From Chloroflexota bacterium (GTDB lineage Bacteria > Chloroflexota > Anaerolineae > UBA7937), in NCBI GenBank assembly GCA_003453555.1, contig DMLA01000018.1, positions 1 to 35,334 of the forward strand: DNA of 35,334 bases. Direction: 5' to 3'. This document shows, piece after piece, positions 16,330-27,267 of the stretch. The notes under the pieces were generated by a model, which was not told the DNA's origin, made no database searches, and worked only from the letters and a program-made list of their open reading frames with translations. Both the position numbers and the translations under genes were made by a program. The first letter of the stretch is position 1. Each line of letters begins with the position of its first letter.

Positions 16330-18960
16330 ATGCGCCTAGATAGGTTCACAGAGCGGGCTCAGGAGGCCGTACTCGAGGCCCAAGAGCAAGCCCAAAAGAG
16401 AAAACATAGCCAGATAGAGCCTGAGCACCTCCTCTTGGCCCTCTTGGAGCAGAGGGAAGGGGTGGTGCCCCAGATAGTGCGCCAGTTGGGAGGTGAACCG
16501 GCGGTTTTGTCCTCCCAGGTGGAGGAGGCATTGGGGAGACTCCCCCAAGCCTACGGCCCTACGGCCCAGCTCTATATCTCCCCCCGCCTTAAGGGGGTCT
16601 TAGATCTGGCTCAGGAGGAGGCGGGGAGGATGCGGGACGAATACGCCTCCACTGAGCACCTCCTCCTGGCCCTGGCCGACGAGCGTTGGCCGGGGGCTTG
16701 CTTGGAGATATTGCGACGTCAGAGGATAACCAAAGATCGGATCCTCCAGGCTCTGACCACCATCCGGGGCTCCCAGCGGGTTACCAGCCCTGACCCCGAG
16801 GGCACCTACCAGGCTTTGGAGAAGTACAGCCGTGACCTCACCCAGTTGGCGCGGCAGGGGAAACTGGACCCGGTCATCGGTCGCGACGAGGAGATCCGCC
16901 GGGTGATCCAGGTCCTCTCCCGGCGTACCAAAAACAACCCCGTCCTTATCGGCGAGGCTGGGGTGGGGAAGACGGCCATCGTAGAGGGGCTGGCTCAAAG
17001 GATCGTGAGGGGCGATGTGCCTGAGGGGCTCAAGAACAAGCGGGTGGTGGCTCTCGATATGGGGGCCCTGATCGCTGGCGCCAAGTTCCGAGGGGAGTTC
17101 GAGGAGAGGCTTAAGGCAGTCCTCAAAGAGATAACCGGTGCCCAGGGGCAGATCATCCTCTTCATCGACGAGTTACATACCGTGGTGGGAGCTGGAGCGG
17201 CCCAGGGGGCCATGGATGCTTCTAACATGCTCAAACCGATGTTGGCCCGAGGGGAGCTCCACGCCATAGGGGCCACTACCTTAAAGGAGTATCGGGAGCA
17301 TATCGAGAAGGACCCTGCCTTGGAGAGGCGCTTCCAACCCGTCTTCGTCGATGAGCCCTCGGTGGAAGAGACGATCTCCATCCTGCGAGGCTTGAAGGAG
17401 CGCTACGAGGTCCACCACGGAGTGCGGATCACCGATGGGGCGGTTATCGCCGCCGCCACTCTCTCCCACCGTTATATAAGCGACCGCTATCTGCCCGATA
17501 AGGCGATAGATCTCATAGATGAGGCTGCCTCCCGGATGAGGATGGAGATAGATAGCAAGCCTGCAGAATTGGATGAGATCGACCGGAAGATATTGCAACT
17601 GGAGATAGAGAGGGAGGCTCTCAAAAAAGAGAAGGACAAGGCTTCCCAGGAGCGGCTGGAAAGGCTAGAGAGGGAACTTGCCGAACTGAGGGAGGAAAGC
17701 GCCCGGCTCCACTCCCATTGGGAAATGGAGAAGGCGGCTATCCAGGCCATGCGGCAGACAAAAGAGGAGATAGAAGCCACTAAAGGGCAGATAGAAGAGG
17801 CGGAGCGGCACGGCAACCTGGAAGAGGCCGCGCGCCTCCGTTACGGAACCTTGCGGGAACTGGACATCAAACTCAAAGAGCAGGAATCCCACCTCAAGGG
17901 GTTGCAGAAGGATCTAAGCCTACTGAAAGAGGAGGTGGACGCTGAGGATGTGGCGGAGATAGTCTCTAAATGGACGGGCATCCCGGTCTCCCGGCTCCTG
18001 GAAGGGGAGAGAGAGAAACTGTTGCATATGGAGGAGCGGCTACATCAGCGGGTTGTGGGCCAAGACGAGGCAATAAGCAAGGTGGCCAACGCCGTCCGCC
18101 GGGCTCGGGCTGGACTCCAAGATCCCAACCGACCGTTGGGCTCCTTCATCTTCTTGGGGCCTACGGGGGTGGGAAAGACGGAGTTGGCTCGTGCTTTGGC
18201 CCAGTTCCTCTTCGACGATGAAGAGGCGATGGTCCGGTTGGATATGAGCGAGTACCAAGAGAGGCACACGGTGGCCCGCCTCATCGGGGCCCCACCAGGC
18301 TATGTGGGGTACGAAGAGGGGGGTCAACTCACTGAGGCGGTACGTCGGCGCCCTTATTCGGTGGTCCTCTTCGACGAGATCGAAAAGGCTCACCCCGAGG
18401 TTTTCAACGTCCTCCTCCAGATCCTCGACGATGGACGGCTCACCGATGGCCAAGGGAGGGTGGTCAACTTCAAGAACACGGTGATCATCATGACTTCCAA
18501 TATAGGCAGCCAGTGGATAAAGAACCTGGCGGGCAACGAAGAAGAGATGCGCCGTCTAGTCCTGGAGGCTTTGAACGCCCATTTCCGCCCCGAGTTCCTT
18601 AACCGGATAGATGAGATCATCATCTTTCACCCCCTCTCTAAGGAAGAGTTGGTAGACATCGTGGAGATACAACTTCACCGCCTGGCTGAGCGGCTAGCGG
18701 AACAGAAGATCGAGTTGGAACTAACCGACCGCGCCAAACGTCATCTTGCGGAGGAGGGGTACGATCCGGTTTACGGCGCCCGTCCCCTGAGGCGGGTCAT
18801 CCAACGCCAACTAGCCGATCCCTTGGCTAAGGAGGTTCTAGAAGGTCGGCTCAGCGAAGGGGACAAGGTGAAGGTTGACTTAGAAGGCGGTAATTTGATC
18901 TTCCACAAGAGCACGGTCGGCGAAAAGATGGTGGAGCAAACGACACCGGAGAGGGCATAG
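16330..18960 (+). CDS. clpB: ATP-dependent chaperone ClpB
   Basis: 876 aa. Clp_N repeats, two AAA+ modules ([15 protein letters not shown]; [15 protein letters not shown]), a long coiled-coil middle domain, and no ClpP-docking (I/L)GF loop. Confidence 0.95.
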   Translation: MRLDRFTERAQEAVLEAQEQAQKRKHSQIEPEHLLLALLEQREGVVPQIVRQLGGEPAVLSSQVEEALGRLPQAYGPTAQLYISPRLKGVLDLAQEEAGRMRDEYASTEHLLLALADERWPGACLEILRRQRITKDRILQALTTIRGSQRVTSPDPEGTYQALEKYSRDLTQLARQGKLDPVIGRDEEIRRVIQVLSRRTKNNPVLIGEAGVGKTAIVEGLAQRIVRGDVPEGLKNKRVVALDMGALIAGAKFRGEFEERLKAVLKEITGAQGQIILFIDELHTVVGAGAAQGAMDASNMLKPMLARGELHAIGATTLKEYREHIEKDPALERRFQPVFVDEPSVEETISILRGLKERYEVHHGVRITDGAVIAAATLSHRYISDRYLPDKAIDLIDEAASRMRMEIDSKPAELDEIDRKILQLEIEREALKKEKDKASQERLERLERELAELREESARLHSHWEMEKAAIQAMRQTKEEIEATKGQIEEAERHGNLEEAARLRYGTLRELDIKLKEQESHLKGLQKDLSLLKEEVDAEDVAEIVSKWTGIPVSRLLEGEREKLLHMEERLHQRVVGQDEAISKVANAVRRARAGLQDPNRPLGSFIFLGPTGVGKTELARALAQFLFDDEEAMVRLDMSEYQERHTVARLIGAPPGYVGYEEGGQLTEAVRRRPYSVVLFDEIEKAHPEVFNVLLQILDDGRLTDGQGRVVNFKNTVIIMTSNIGSQWIKNLAGNEEEMRRLVLEALNAHFRPEFLNRIDEIIIFHPLSKEELVDIVEIQLHRLAERLAEQKIELELTDRAKRHLAEEGYDPVYGARPLRRVIQRQLADPLAKEVLEGRLSEGDKVKVDLEGGNLIFHKSTVGEKMVEQTTPERA

Positions 18961-18967
18961 AATAGAG

Positions 18968-19693
18968 GTGATACCCCTAGAGAAGCAGAATAGATACCGG
19001 GCCATCTACCAAGATATGAACCCTGGATACAAGCATAGCGGCCCTATCTATGAGGGTTTGGTGAAAAGGCATCTCACCCCCAAAGCCCGGGTGCTAGATG
19101 CCGGCTGTGGTCGAGGAGGGGTGATCGAACTCTACGCTGAGAAAGTAAGGCAGGCGGTGGGGCTGGACACCGATTTGATTTCCCTTCGAGAGCATCGCTG
19201 TCTTAAACAACTAGTGGTGGGCAGCCTGGCTACCATGCCCTTTCCAGCAGACCTCTTCGATGTCGTCCTTTGCGGCTGGGTGGTTGAGCATCTCGAGGAG
19301 CCAGAGGCCGTCTTCCGGGAAATGGCCCGGGTTCTGAATAAGAGGGGACATCTCTTGCTTTTGACCCCTAACGCCTGGAGTTACGTCACCTTAATGAACC
19401 GCCTCCTCCCTGCCCGTCTCCGCCGCTGGCTGGTGCGTACCGTATATGGGCGTCAATCTAAGGATATCTTCCCCACCTTCTACCGAGCCAATTCCAAAGA
19501 ACGGCTAGATGCGAAACTACACCGGGTGGGGTTAAGAAACGAAGAGTTCTACTATGTAGGAGACCCGTCGTATATCGCCTTTAACGATGCTTTCTTTAAG
19601 TTGGGCGTGCTTTTGGAGAGGCTAACTGATTGGCCCCCCTTGCGCCGGCTTAAAGTTCATCTGGTGGCCTCCTACCTAAAGGAAGGGAGGTGA
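18968..19693 (+). CDS. Class I SAM-dependent methyltransferase (Methyltransf_11-like)
   Basis: Motif [11 protein letters not shown]. Acidic post-I LD. Start uncertain (GTG 18968 or ATG 19016). Its stop overlaps the clpC upstream region. Confidence 0.7.
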   Translation: MIPLEKQNRYRAIYQDMNPGYKHSGPIYEGLVKRHLTPKARVLDAGCGRGGVIELYAEKVRQAVGLDTDLISLREHRCLKQLVVGSLATMPFPADLFDVVLCGWVVEHLEEPEAVFREMARVLNKRGHLLLLTPNAWSYVTLMNRLLPARLRRWLVRTVYGRQSKDIFPTFYRANSKERLDAKLHRVGLRNEEFYYVGDPSYIAFNDAFFKLGVLLERLTDWPPLRRLKVHLVASYLKEGR

Positions 19694-19698
19694 GCACC

Positions 19699-22134
19699 AT
19701 GATGCCCTTCGACCGTTTTACTCAAAGGGCCCAAGAGGCTATCGCCCAATCCCAAGAGATCCTTCAACGGTATAGGCACAGCCAACTGGATGCGGAGCAC
19801 CTGCTTCTGGCCTTGATCGAGCAGCCAGGAGGCGTTATCCCCCAGGTTCTCGACACGCTGGGGGCAGATGTGGAGGTGATAAGGGGGCGGTTGGATGATG
19901 TCTTATCCACCAGCCCACCTACCCAGTTTAGCCCTCCGGCTCCCCAGGCCCAGATCTATGTCACCCCTAGGGTGAAGCGGATAATAGACGTGGCCATGGA
20001 GGAGTCGAAGCGTCTGGGGGACGAGTATGTCTCCACAGAGCATATCTTCCTAGCCATAATTGGTGAGGGGGGTGGCGCCGCTAGCACCATCCTCCAAGAT
20101 ACTGGCGTGACCAAAGATGAGGCCTATAAGGCTATCGAGGAGATAAGAGGGGGGCAGAAAGTGACAGATCCTCAAGCGGAGACCAAATATCGGATACTGG
20201 AAAGGTACGGCCGAGACTTAACTCAACTAGCCCGGGAGGGACGGCTCGATCCGGTGATCGGTCGAGAGACAGAGATCCTTCGCCTCATGCGCGTCCTGGC
20301 CCGCCGCACCAAAAACAACCCCGTCCTTATCGGCGAGGCAGGGGTGGGGAAGACAGCCATCGTCGAGGGGCTAGCCCAGAGGATAGCCGCCGGCCATGTT
20401 CCGGAAAACCTCGTGGGCAGAAGGGTTGTGGAGTTGGATCTAGGAGGCATGGTGGCTGGCTCCCGCTTCCGGGGCGAGTTCGAGGAGAGGCTCAAGGCCG
20501 CCCTCCAGGAGGTACAGCGATCTCATGGGGGGATAATCCTCTTCATCGATGAGTTACACAACGTGGTGGGGGCTGGTGCGGCCCAGGGAGCCATCGACGC
20601 CTCGAGCATGATGAAGCCCGCCCTGGCTCGCGGGGAGTTGCAATGCATCGGGGCCACCACCCTCGATGAGTACCGCAACCACATCGAGAAAGATGGAGCC
20701 TTAGAACGCCGATTCGCCCCCATCTACGTGGAGGAGCCCTCGATGGAAGAGACTATCGAGATGCTCCAGGGCCTGAGGGAGCGGTATCAAGAGCACCACG
20801 GGGTGACCATCACCGATGAGGCCCTAGAGGCGGCGGCTAGACTCTCCCACCGGTATGTGACAGAACGGTATCTCCCCGACAAGGCGGTGGATCTCATCGA
20901 TGAGGCGGCGGCGAAATTGCGCATCGATATGTTCGGGTTACCGGAAGAACTGAAAGAGAAGAAGAGCCGCCTCCAAGAACTCCAGGCCAAAGAGGAGGAA
21001 GCCTGGCAGAAGAGGGACTACGAGCAGGCGGCGTGGTTCAAGAGCGAGCGGTTGCAACTGGAGAGAGTGTACCAGGCGGAACTGGGCTCCTGGCGCAGGG
21101 AAAAGGGGATAGATGAGGTGGTTGACGAGGAGGATGTAGCCCAGATCGTAGCCGCCTGGACCGGGATACCGGTGAGCCGCATGATGGAGACGGAGGCGGA
21201 CAAACTCCTCTCCATGGAGGAGAGGATCCACCAGCGGATCGTAGGGCAGGAGGAGGCGGTTTCCGCCGTGGCCGATGCTATACGGCGGGGCCGCTCCGGG
21301 CTGAAAGACCCCCGACGCCCCATCGGCTCCTTCATCTTCCTGGGGCCCACGGGGGTAGGCAAGACGGAGTTAGCCAAAGCGCTGGCCGAGTTCCTCTTCG
21401 ACGACGAGGAGGCCCTAGTACGGATGGATATGAGCGAGTATCAGGAAAGGCATACCGTCTCCCGCCTCATCGGGGCCCCGCCAGGTTACGTGGGGTACGG
21501 TGAAGGGGGCCAACTCACCGAGGCGGTGCGCCGACGGCCCTATCAGGTGGTCCTCTTCGACGAGATCGAGAAGGCCCACGCCGATGTATGGAACACTCTC
21601 CTCCAGATCCTCGATGAGGGGCGGCTCACCGACGGCCAAGGGCGAACGGTGGATTTTAGGAACACGGTCTTGATCATGACCTCCAACATCGGGACCCAAT
21701 ACGCCCAACGGGGAGGCACTTTGGGCTTCCGCACCGGTGACGAGGGGGATGCGGACTCTGAGATGCAGGCCCAGATGCGGGAGCAATTGAAGAAGACCTT
21801 CCGGCCCGAATTCCTGAACCGAGTCGATGAGGTGATCATCTTCCATACCCTCAAACCGGAGCATATCAAAGCCATCGTGGACCTCCAGATGAAGGATATC
21901 CAGAAGCGTCTCCTGGAGCGGGGGATCGCTATAGAGTTGAGCGACAAGGCCCGAGATCTTCTGGTGGAGAAGGGTTACAACCCCTCTTTCGGAGCCCGGC
22001 CCCTGAAGCGGCTCCTTCAGCGGGAGGTGGAAAGCCCCCTCTCCAAGCGGATCCTGAAGGGAGAGTTGAAGGAGGGAGACGCGGTACTGGTGGACGCCGA
22101 TGAGACGGGGATAGTGTTCACCAATAAAGCATAG
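19699..22134 (+). CDS. clpC: ATP-dependent Clp protease ATP-binding subunit ClpC-like
   Basis: Two AAA+ modules. Short linker with a UVR-like segment ([15 protein letters not shown]). LGF loop (GGTLGFRTG) consistent with ClpP docking. ATG 19699 follows GGGAGGTGA; the track GTG 19690 is also possible. Confidence 0.88.
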   Translation: MMPFDRFTQRAQEAIAQSQEILQRYRHSQLDAEHLLLALIEQPGGVIPQVLDTLGADVEVIRGRLDDVLSTSPPTQFSPPAPQAQIYVTPRVKRIIDVAMEESKRLGDEYVSTEHIFLAIIGEGGGAASTILQDTGVTKDEAYKAIEEIRGGQKVTDPQAETKYRILERYGRDLTQLAREGRLDPVIGRETEILRLMRVLARRTKNNPVLIGEAGVGKTAIVEGLAQRIAAGHVPENLVGRRVVELDLGGMVAGSRFRGEFEERLKAALQEVQRSHGGIILFIDELHNVVGAGAAQGAIDASSMMKPALARGELQCIGATTLDEYRNHIEKDGALERRFAPIYVEEPSMEETIEMLQGLRERYQEHHGVTITDEALEAAARLSHRYVTERYLPDKAVDLIDEAAAKLRIDMFGLPEELKEKKSRLQELQAKEEEAWQKRDYEQAAWFKSERLQLERVYQAELGSWRREKGIDEVVDEEDVAQIVAAWTGIPVSRMMETEADKLLSMEERIHQRIVGQEEAVSAVADAIRRGRSGLKDPRRPIGSFIFLGPTGVGKTELAKALAEFLFDDEEALVRMDMSEYQERHTVSRLIGAPPGYVGYGEGGQLTEAVRRRPYQVVLFDEIEKAHADVWNTLLQILDEGRLTDGQGRTVDFRNTVLIMTSNIGTQYAQRGGTLGFRTGDEGDADSEMQAQMREQLKKTFRPEFLNRVDEVIIFHTLKPEHIKAIVDLQMKDIQKRLLERGIAIELSDKARDLLVEKGYNPSFGARPLKRLLQREVESPLSKRILKGELKEGDAVLVDADETGIVFTNKA

Positions 22135-22154
22135 CCGCACCTGATATGCCCACG

Positions 22155-22186
22155 CAGAGGGGTGCTCACCGTTGAGCACCCCTCTG
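22155..22186. terminator. Hairpin terminator between convergent clpC and psuG
   Basis: CAGAGGGGTGCTCA (22155-22168) pairs with TGAGCACCCCTCTG (22173-22186), 4-nt loop. No clear U-tract. Confidence 0.55.
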
Positions 22187-22206
22187 GCTAGCCGATGATC
22201 CCCTCA

Positions 22207-23097
22207 TTATGCCGTGATTAAAGCCTGCGCCACCCCGGCCGCCACGCGAGCGTTATTCTTGAGCAAAGCGATATTGGCCCTCAGCGTAGCCCCTCGCGTC
22301 AGTTCATTCATCCGAGCCAGGAGAAAGGGGGTCAACGCTGCTCCCCTCACGCTTTCGGCCGCCATCTCCAACGCCTTGGCCAACGCTTCCTCCACCAGGG
22401 TACTAGGCACCTCGTCTTCCTCCGGCAGGGGGACAGTTACCAGTATGGCCGTTGATAGCCCTAACTCATCCCGCGCCCGGGCCATCTCCGCCACTTCCTG
22501 GGGGGTATCCACCCTTTGCTCCAAAGGCAAGCCGCTGCTTCGAGAGTAGAAGGCTGGAAACTCACCGGTGCCATAACCGATAATGGGAACGCCAGAGGTC
22601 TCCAGCCATTCTAGAGTGGCGGGAAGGTCAAGGATCGCCTTCGCCCCTGAGCAGATCACGACCAGGGGGGTCTGAGCCAGAGCCAAAAGGTCGGCGGAGA
22701 GATCCCAGCCCTTGCCCCGATGGACCCCTCCGATCCCCCCTGTAGCCAGCACCCTGATCCCCGCTTTGTGGGCTAGATAGAGGGTAGCAGATACCGTCGT
22801 CCCCCCATCCCACCCGCGGGCTACGGCGGCGGGGAGGTCCCGAAGGCTCACCTTGCGCACCCCGCTTCCTCTCCCCAACCGCTCCACCTCCCCCCTGGAG
22901 AGCCCGACCTTGGGCCTGCCACCGATGATCCCTATCGTGACCGGGGTGGCTCCCCCCTCCCTGACGATCTCCTCCATGGCCTGCGCCGTCTCCAGGTTCT
23001 TAGGATAGGGCAAGCCATGGGAGATGAGGGCCGACTCCAGGGCTACAAGGGGTTTCAATGCATCTTTCGCTTCGTCACCGAACAGAGGATAAGCCAT
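22207..23097 (-). CDS. psuG: Pseudouridine-5'-phosphate glycosidase
   Basis: 296 aa with VALESALISHGLPYPKNLETA, the IndA/PsuG hallmark. Confidence 0.9.
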   Translation of the reverse strand: MAYPLFGDEAKDALKPLVALESALISHGLPYPKNLETAQAMEEIVREGGATPVTIGIIGGRPKVGLSRGEVERLGRGSGVRKVSLRDLPAAVARGWDGGTTVSATLYLAHKAGIRVLATGGIGGVHRGKGWDLSADLLALAQTPLVVICSGAKAILDLPATLEWLETSGVPIIGYGTGEFPAFYSRSSGLPLEQRVDTPQEVAEMARARDELGLSTAILVTVPLPEEDEVPSTLVEEALAKALEMAAESVRGAALTPFLLARMNELTRGATLRANIALLKNNARVAAGVAQALITA

Positions 23098-23138
23098 GCT
23101 GACCCCTCATAAAGTGACGCGCTGTTGAGCGCGAAGCC

Positions 23139-24068
23139 CTAGATCACCAACCGATCATAGAGCCGCTCTAGGCTGAGATCTGGACAGACGGTATCGACGG
23201 AGGTGAGGGCCAAGGTGGCAGCCGAGACGCCCAAGCGAACCGCCTCGGAGACGGGGAAGTCGTTTACCAACCCGTACACCACCCCAGCGGTAAGGGCGTC
23301 GCCAGCCCCAGTAGCATCCGCTACCTCGCAGTCTATGGCCGGGATATGGCCCTTCTCCTGGGAGGTGGCGTAACAGAGCCCCTCTTCAGCCAAGGTGATG
23401 ATCGCCACCTCCACCCCCAAGGAGACCAGTTTCTGAGCGGCGGCGGTCGCTTCGAAGCGATCCCGGACAGGGGATTCAGAGAGGACCTCGGCTTCTTGTG
23501 CATTGGGGGTGATGATAGAGAGGTAGGAGAGGTGATCTTTCAAGCGGGGGGCCAAGGCTACTGATACCGGGTCCACGCAGACAGGGACCCCAGCCTTGGT
23601 GGCTAGGCGAAGGGCGGAGGCTATCGCCGCCGGGCTCAGGTTGGCATCCATCACCACCATCTTCGCCCCCCTGATAAAGCGCCGGCGGTCATAGATATAG
23701 CGAGGGGTGACCTCTTCTATGATAGCCATATCATCGATGGAGAGCCTCATAGCCCCCTTCTCATCTAGGACGGCTAGATAAGCCGCGGACCGCGATCGGG
23801 AACTAACTATCACTTGGCTTACATCCACGCCACCGGCCGCAGTCACCTCCAGGATATGCCTCCCCGCCTCATCGTCGCCCACGGCGGAGAGTAGGAGGGT
23901 GGGGACCCCCAAGCGGCCCAGGTTCTCGGCTATATTTCGACCCACACCTCCAGCACTGACCCGGATCTCGCCGGGGTTAGAAGTAGCGGGGATCAACCTC
24001 CCCCTTGCTCGGCCTTTGGTGTCGATGCTGGCCGCTCCAATAACCACTACCCGCGGCAACTCGCCCAT
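23139..24068 (-). CDS. psuK: PfkB-family kinase, probable pseudouridine kinase
   Basis: Started at ATG 24068 (MGELPRVVVIGAASIDTKG), preceded by a purine-rich RBS. PfkB signature DATGAGDALTAG. Function inferred from adjacency to psuG. The track start 24188 overlaps phnE. Confidence 0.75.
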   Translation of the reverse strand: MGELPRVVVIGAASIDTKGRARGRLIPATSNPGEIRVSAGGVGRNIAENLGRLGVPTLLLSAVGDDEAGRHILEVTAAGGVDVSQVIVSSRSRSAAYLAVLDEKGAMRLSIDDMAIIEEVTPRYIYDRRRFIRGAKMVVMDANLSPAAIASALRLATKAGVPVCVDPVSVALAPRLKDHLSYLSIITPNAQEAEVLSESPVRDRFEATAAAQKLVSLGVEVAIITLAEEGLCYATSQEKGHIPAIDCEVADATGAGDALTAGVVYGLVNDFPVSEAVRLGVSAATLALTSVDTVCPDLSLERLYDRLVI

Positions 24069-24139
24069 TCCTGCCTTCTTTCCCTCTCGAAAAGGTGTGG
24101 CCTCCCAAAAAAGGGGGCTCGCTATGGCCCCCTTTTCTT

Positions 24140-25522
24140 CTATACGATCTTCTCCCTCACGATGGCGCTTGCGTAGTCCAAGGCCCACACCACGATGGCG
24201 ATGGCCCAGACAGCAGCACCCGCTTCCCTATACATCAACAGGCGTATCCACTGTTGCAAGAGGTAGCCGATCCCCCCACCACCGACGAAGCCGATGATGG
24301 TGGACATCCGGACGTTAATATCCCAACGATAGACGGTGAAGGCCACATAGGGAGGTACGATCTGGGGGATTACAGCGTAGACGATGGTCTGCAGGCGGTT
24401 GGCGCCCGTGGCCGTGATGGCCTCGATGGGACCAGGGTCGATCGATTCCACGGCCTCGGAGTAGAGCTTGCCCAGGGCGGCGACGGAGTGGACAGCCAAA
24501 GCGAGAACACCAGCGAAGGGGCCCAGCCCTACCCAGACCACGAAGACTATAGCCATAATCAGGGGCTCTATAGAGCGGAGGATATTGAGGATAGTGCGGG
24601 TCAGGTAGTAGAACCCCATAGTGATGGGGGTGCCCCCCATCAGGTTGCGAGCCGCCAGGAAACTCACCGGGATAGCGAAGACGATGGCCACGGTGGTGGC
24701 CATGAGGGCCAAAAAGATGGTCTCCATCATCTTCTCCGCCACCAGGAAGAAGGTATGGCTGGGGTGGATGGTTCCTACCTCGCGCTTCAGCAGCGCCTGG
24801 ACGCGACTCCTCTGAGGCCCCTTGCCTCTGGCCTCGCCGAAGGCCTCCGGCGCCACAATGGTGAGAGGCGGGATCCTTCCCTTCTCGTCGGTCTGGAAAG
24901 TAAGGTACTCGCCCTCCTGCCGAATCCGGCGCTTCATCTCCCCGGCCATATTGAGCCACCATATCTGGCCGCGGGAGGAAGGCCAGAAGTTGCCGCCTTC
25001 GATGGTGAATGTCTCCCCGACCTCCCCACAGGTCTTGTCCAGGATGATGAGATAGGGCTCATCCTCCAAAGGGGTGCCCTTTTCGGGGGGCGAATCGGAA
25101 CAGGGCGACTCGAAGATGACCTCCGCCTTCTGGGTTTCGATGTCCCGCTCCAGGACGGCGGGTTGCAGAAGGTTGCTCACCAAGGGCTTGATGTCCGCCA
25201 CATCGGTTATCAAGCGCATGAGTTTGATGTCGGTGACCTGCCAGCCGATGATGTACACGATGACGCCTATGATGAGGAAAGGCGGCACAAGCGATATCTG
25301 TCTCCCTTGAGCCAGGCTATAGGCGTCCCCGACGCCCCACAACCAAGCCAGGATGATGCCCACATAGAGAAAGGTGCTCCCTTGCCATTGTATCAGGAGC
25401 GCTGTGACTACGATGGCCAGGAGGAGGGCTGCTCCTTGGAGAGGAGCCCCAGCGTATATCTGCCCCAGGCCAGGGATGAGAGATAGAAATGCACTGAGAA
25501 GGGGTGACTTCTTGCCTTCCAC
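24140..25522 (-). CDS. phnE: Phosphonate-type ABC transporter permease PhnE with about 190-aa N-terminal extension
   Basis: The C-terminal about 260 aa is PhnE-like (TIFLALMATTVAIVFAIPVSFLAARNL...). The N-terminus adds predicted TM helices (LSLIPGLGQIYAG...) and a hydrophilic beta-rich segment. Confidence 0.82.
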   Translation of the reverse strand: MEGKKSPLLSAFLSLIPGLGQIYAGAPLQGAALLLAIVVTALLIQWQGSTFLYVGIILAWLWGVGDAYSLAQGRQISLVPPFLIIGVIVYIIGWQVTDIKLMRLITDVADIKPLVSNLLQPAVLERDIETQKAEVIFESPCSDSPPEKGTPLEDEPYLIILDKTCGEVGETFTIEGGNFWPSSRGQIWWLNMAGEMKRRIRQEGEYLTFQTDEKGRIPPLTIVAPEAFGEARGKGPQRSRVQALLKREVGTIHPSHTFFLVAEKMMETIFLALMATTVAIVFAIPVSFLAARNLMGGTPITMGFYYLTRTILNILRSIEPLIMAIVFVVWVGLGPFAGVLALAVHSVAALGKLYSEAVESIDPGPIEAITATGANRLQTIVYAVIPQIVPPYVAFTVYRWDINVRMSTIIGFVGGGGIGYLLQQWIRLLMYREAGAAVWAIAIVVWALDYASAIVREKIV

Positions 25523-25530
25523 GTTGCCCC

Positions 25531-26286
25531 CTATGTAACCGTTATCCGCTCGGCCTCCTGACCGTAGATCTCCTTAAAGCGTTGGTCGGTGATCTCATCA
25601 GGACGTCCCTGGAAGACCACCCGGCCATCCTTCAGCCCCACCACATTGGAACCGTAGCGACGGACTAAATCCAAGAAGTGGAGGCTGCAGATCACCGTTA
25701 TCCCATCTTCGCGGTTGAGTTGTTCCAGGTACCTCAGGATGGAGTGGGCCAAAACGGGGTCCAGGCTGGCCACCGGCTCATCGGCCAACATGAGCCTGGG
25801 CTCCTGCATCAGGGCGCGGGCGATGCCCACCCGTTGCCGTTGCCCACCGCTCAGGTCATCGGCTCGCTTAGGGGCCAGATCGGTGATGCCCACCCGCTCC
25901 AGGTTTCGCATGGCCCTCTTCACTTCCTCCTGGGGGAAGCGGATGATGCTTTGCCAAGGGTTGACATACCCCAACCTCCCCGAGAGGACATTGGTCAGGA
26001 CCGAAGAGCGCTCCACCAAGTTGAACTCTTGGAAGATGAAGCCGATGTGGCGCCGTATTTTGCGCAACTCCTCCCCCGAGGCAGCGGTGATATCCGTCCC
26101 ATCCCAGACGATCCTGCCCTCGGTGGGCTCGATGAGACGGTTGATGCACCGGAGGAGGGTCGATTTGCCCGCTCCGCTGAGGCCTAGGATCACCAAGAAC
26201 TCACCATCTGGCACCTCGAAACTAACGTCATCTAGGGCCAGAGTGCCGTCCTCATAAATCTTGGTCAGATGTTCTACCTGTAACAA
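25531..26286 (-). CDS. phnC: Phosphonate-type ABC transporter ATP-binding protein
   Basis: Walker A GLSGAGKSTLLRC, signature LSGGQRQRVGIARAL, Walker B LMLADEP. Confidence 0.9.
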   Translation of the reverse strand: MLQVEHLTKIYEDGTLALDDVSFEVPDGEFLVILGLSGAGKSTLLRCINRLIEPTEGRIVWDGTDITAASGEELRKIRRHIGFIFQEFNLVERSSVLTNVLSGRLGYVNPWQSIIRFPQEEVKRAMRNLERVGITDLAPKRADDLSGGQRQRVGIARALMQEPRLMLADEPVASLDPVLAHSILRYLEQLNREDGITVICSLHFLDLVRRYGSNVVGLKDGRVVFQGRPDEITDQRFKEIYGQEAERITVT

Positions 26287-26304
26287 TATCCTTCTCCTTA
26301 CACA

Positions 26305-26342
26305 GGTAGAGAAGGGGGAAAGCGAGATTCCCCTTCTCTACC
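26305..26342 (-). promoter_or_regulatory. Intercistronic stem-loop between phnD and phnC
   Basis: GGTAGAGAAGGGG (26305-26317) pairs with CCCCTTCTCTACC (26330-26342), 12-nt loop. Typical position for an mRNA-stabilising or attenuating hairpin after a binding-protein gene. Confidence 0.5.
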
Positions 26343-26364
26343 CTTGCGCAAAGATCGCCTTTCC

Positions 26365-27267
26365 CTATTTGGCCAGTGCCTCGACGTCGACACCGGAGGC
26401 GTCGAGGACCGCCCGGAAATCGTCGTAGAAGGAGTCGTCCTTCTCCACCACCTCTGCCCAGCCGTATGCCTTCCCCATGGCTTCTACACCCTCGTCGGTG
26501 GCCATGATCTCAATGAAGGCTTGCACGATCTTCTCCCTCATATCGGCCGGGAATTCCTTTATGAACTGGAGGCCATCGTTGGGGATCTCCGGCGATTCGG
26601 CGATCACCACCGTCTTATCATAGACATCGGGGTAATCATCAGCGATCTTGTCCCGGCAGTCGATGTAACACGCGCCAGCATCGCAATCCCCTTGATAGAC
26701 CGCCAGGGCCACATTGTCATGGGACCCCGCCTCTATCTGCTGGGCCAGGTCGGTGTCCGGGTCCACCCCCGCTGCCTTGACCATGATGCTGGGGATGATA
26801 TAACCGGAGGCGGAAGCGGCATCTACCCAGCACATCGTCTTCCCCGCCAGGTCCTCCAGTTTGGTGATACCTGTATCGGCCCCAGCGATGATCTCACCGT
26901 TGTAGAAGGCCCTACCGTAGCGGACGCTGACCAAGGCCACATCGACGCCGTACTTCTCGTGGGCCAAGATGTAGGCGAAGGTGGCCAAGGTGCCCATATG
27001 GGCCTTTCCGGTGCCCATGGCCTCGATGACCGCCGAGTAACTAGTGGCCACACTGCCCTCGATAACGTAGCCCGTCTTCTCCGACAGGAGTGCCGCAATC
27101 TCCTCGGCGCTTTCAATGATCTCCGGCGTGTCCCCGGAGGGGACAAAGGCCAGGACGATGGGGTTATCTTTTGTCCCTAGGGCTGACTCCGCCGGCTTGC
27201 ACCCGGCCAAAGGTACAAGCACCAAGAGCAAGGCCAGACCTAACAAAAGCACTCTATAGTTTCTCAT
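26365..27267 (-). CDS. phnD: Phosphate/phosphite/phosphonate ABC transporter substrate-binding lipoprotein
   Basis: Lipobox LAGC. PhnD-like pattern (PIVLAFVPSGD..., SYSAVIEAMGTGKAHMG). RBS AAGGAG. Confidence 0.88.
   Translation of the reverse strand: MRNYRVLLLGLALLLVLVPLAGCKPAESALGTKDNPIVLAFVPSGDTPEIIESAEEIAALLSEKTGYVIEGSVATSYSAVIEAMGTGKAHMGTLATFAYILAHEKYGVDVALVSVRYGRAFYNGEIIAGADTGITKLEDLAGKTMCWVDAASASGYIIPSIMVKAAGVDPDTDLAQQIEAGSHDNVALAVYQGDCDAGACYIDCRDKIADDYPDVYDKTVVIAESPEIPNDGLQFIKEFPADMREKIVQAFIEIMATDEGVEAMGKAYGWAEVVEKDDSFYDDFRAVLDASGVDVEALAK

Noticed and set aside
21415-22179. 254-aa minus-strand ORF, and several other 60-180-aa ORFs opposite clpB/clpC, dnaN, yidC, parA/parB
   Set aside because: All lie antisense or out of frame within strongly supported genes. 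None has an RBS or a recognisable domain.
24095-25486. 463-aa plus-strand ORF
   Set aside because: It is fully antisense to phnE. Its composition is dominated by G/D/H/P/R with no recognisable motifs, while the minus-strand product is a clear PhnE permease. This is a typical shadow ORF in G+C-rich coding DNA.
26344-27180. 278-aa plus-strand ORF
   Set aside because: It is antisense to phnD, which has a lipobox, an RBS and family motifs. I treat it as a shadow ORF.
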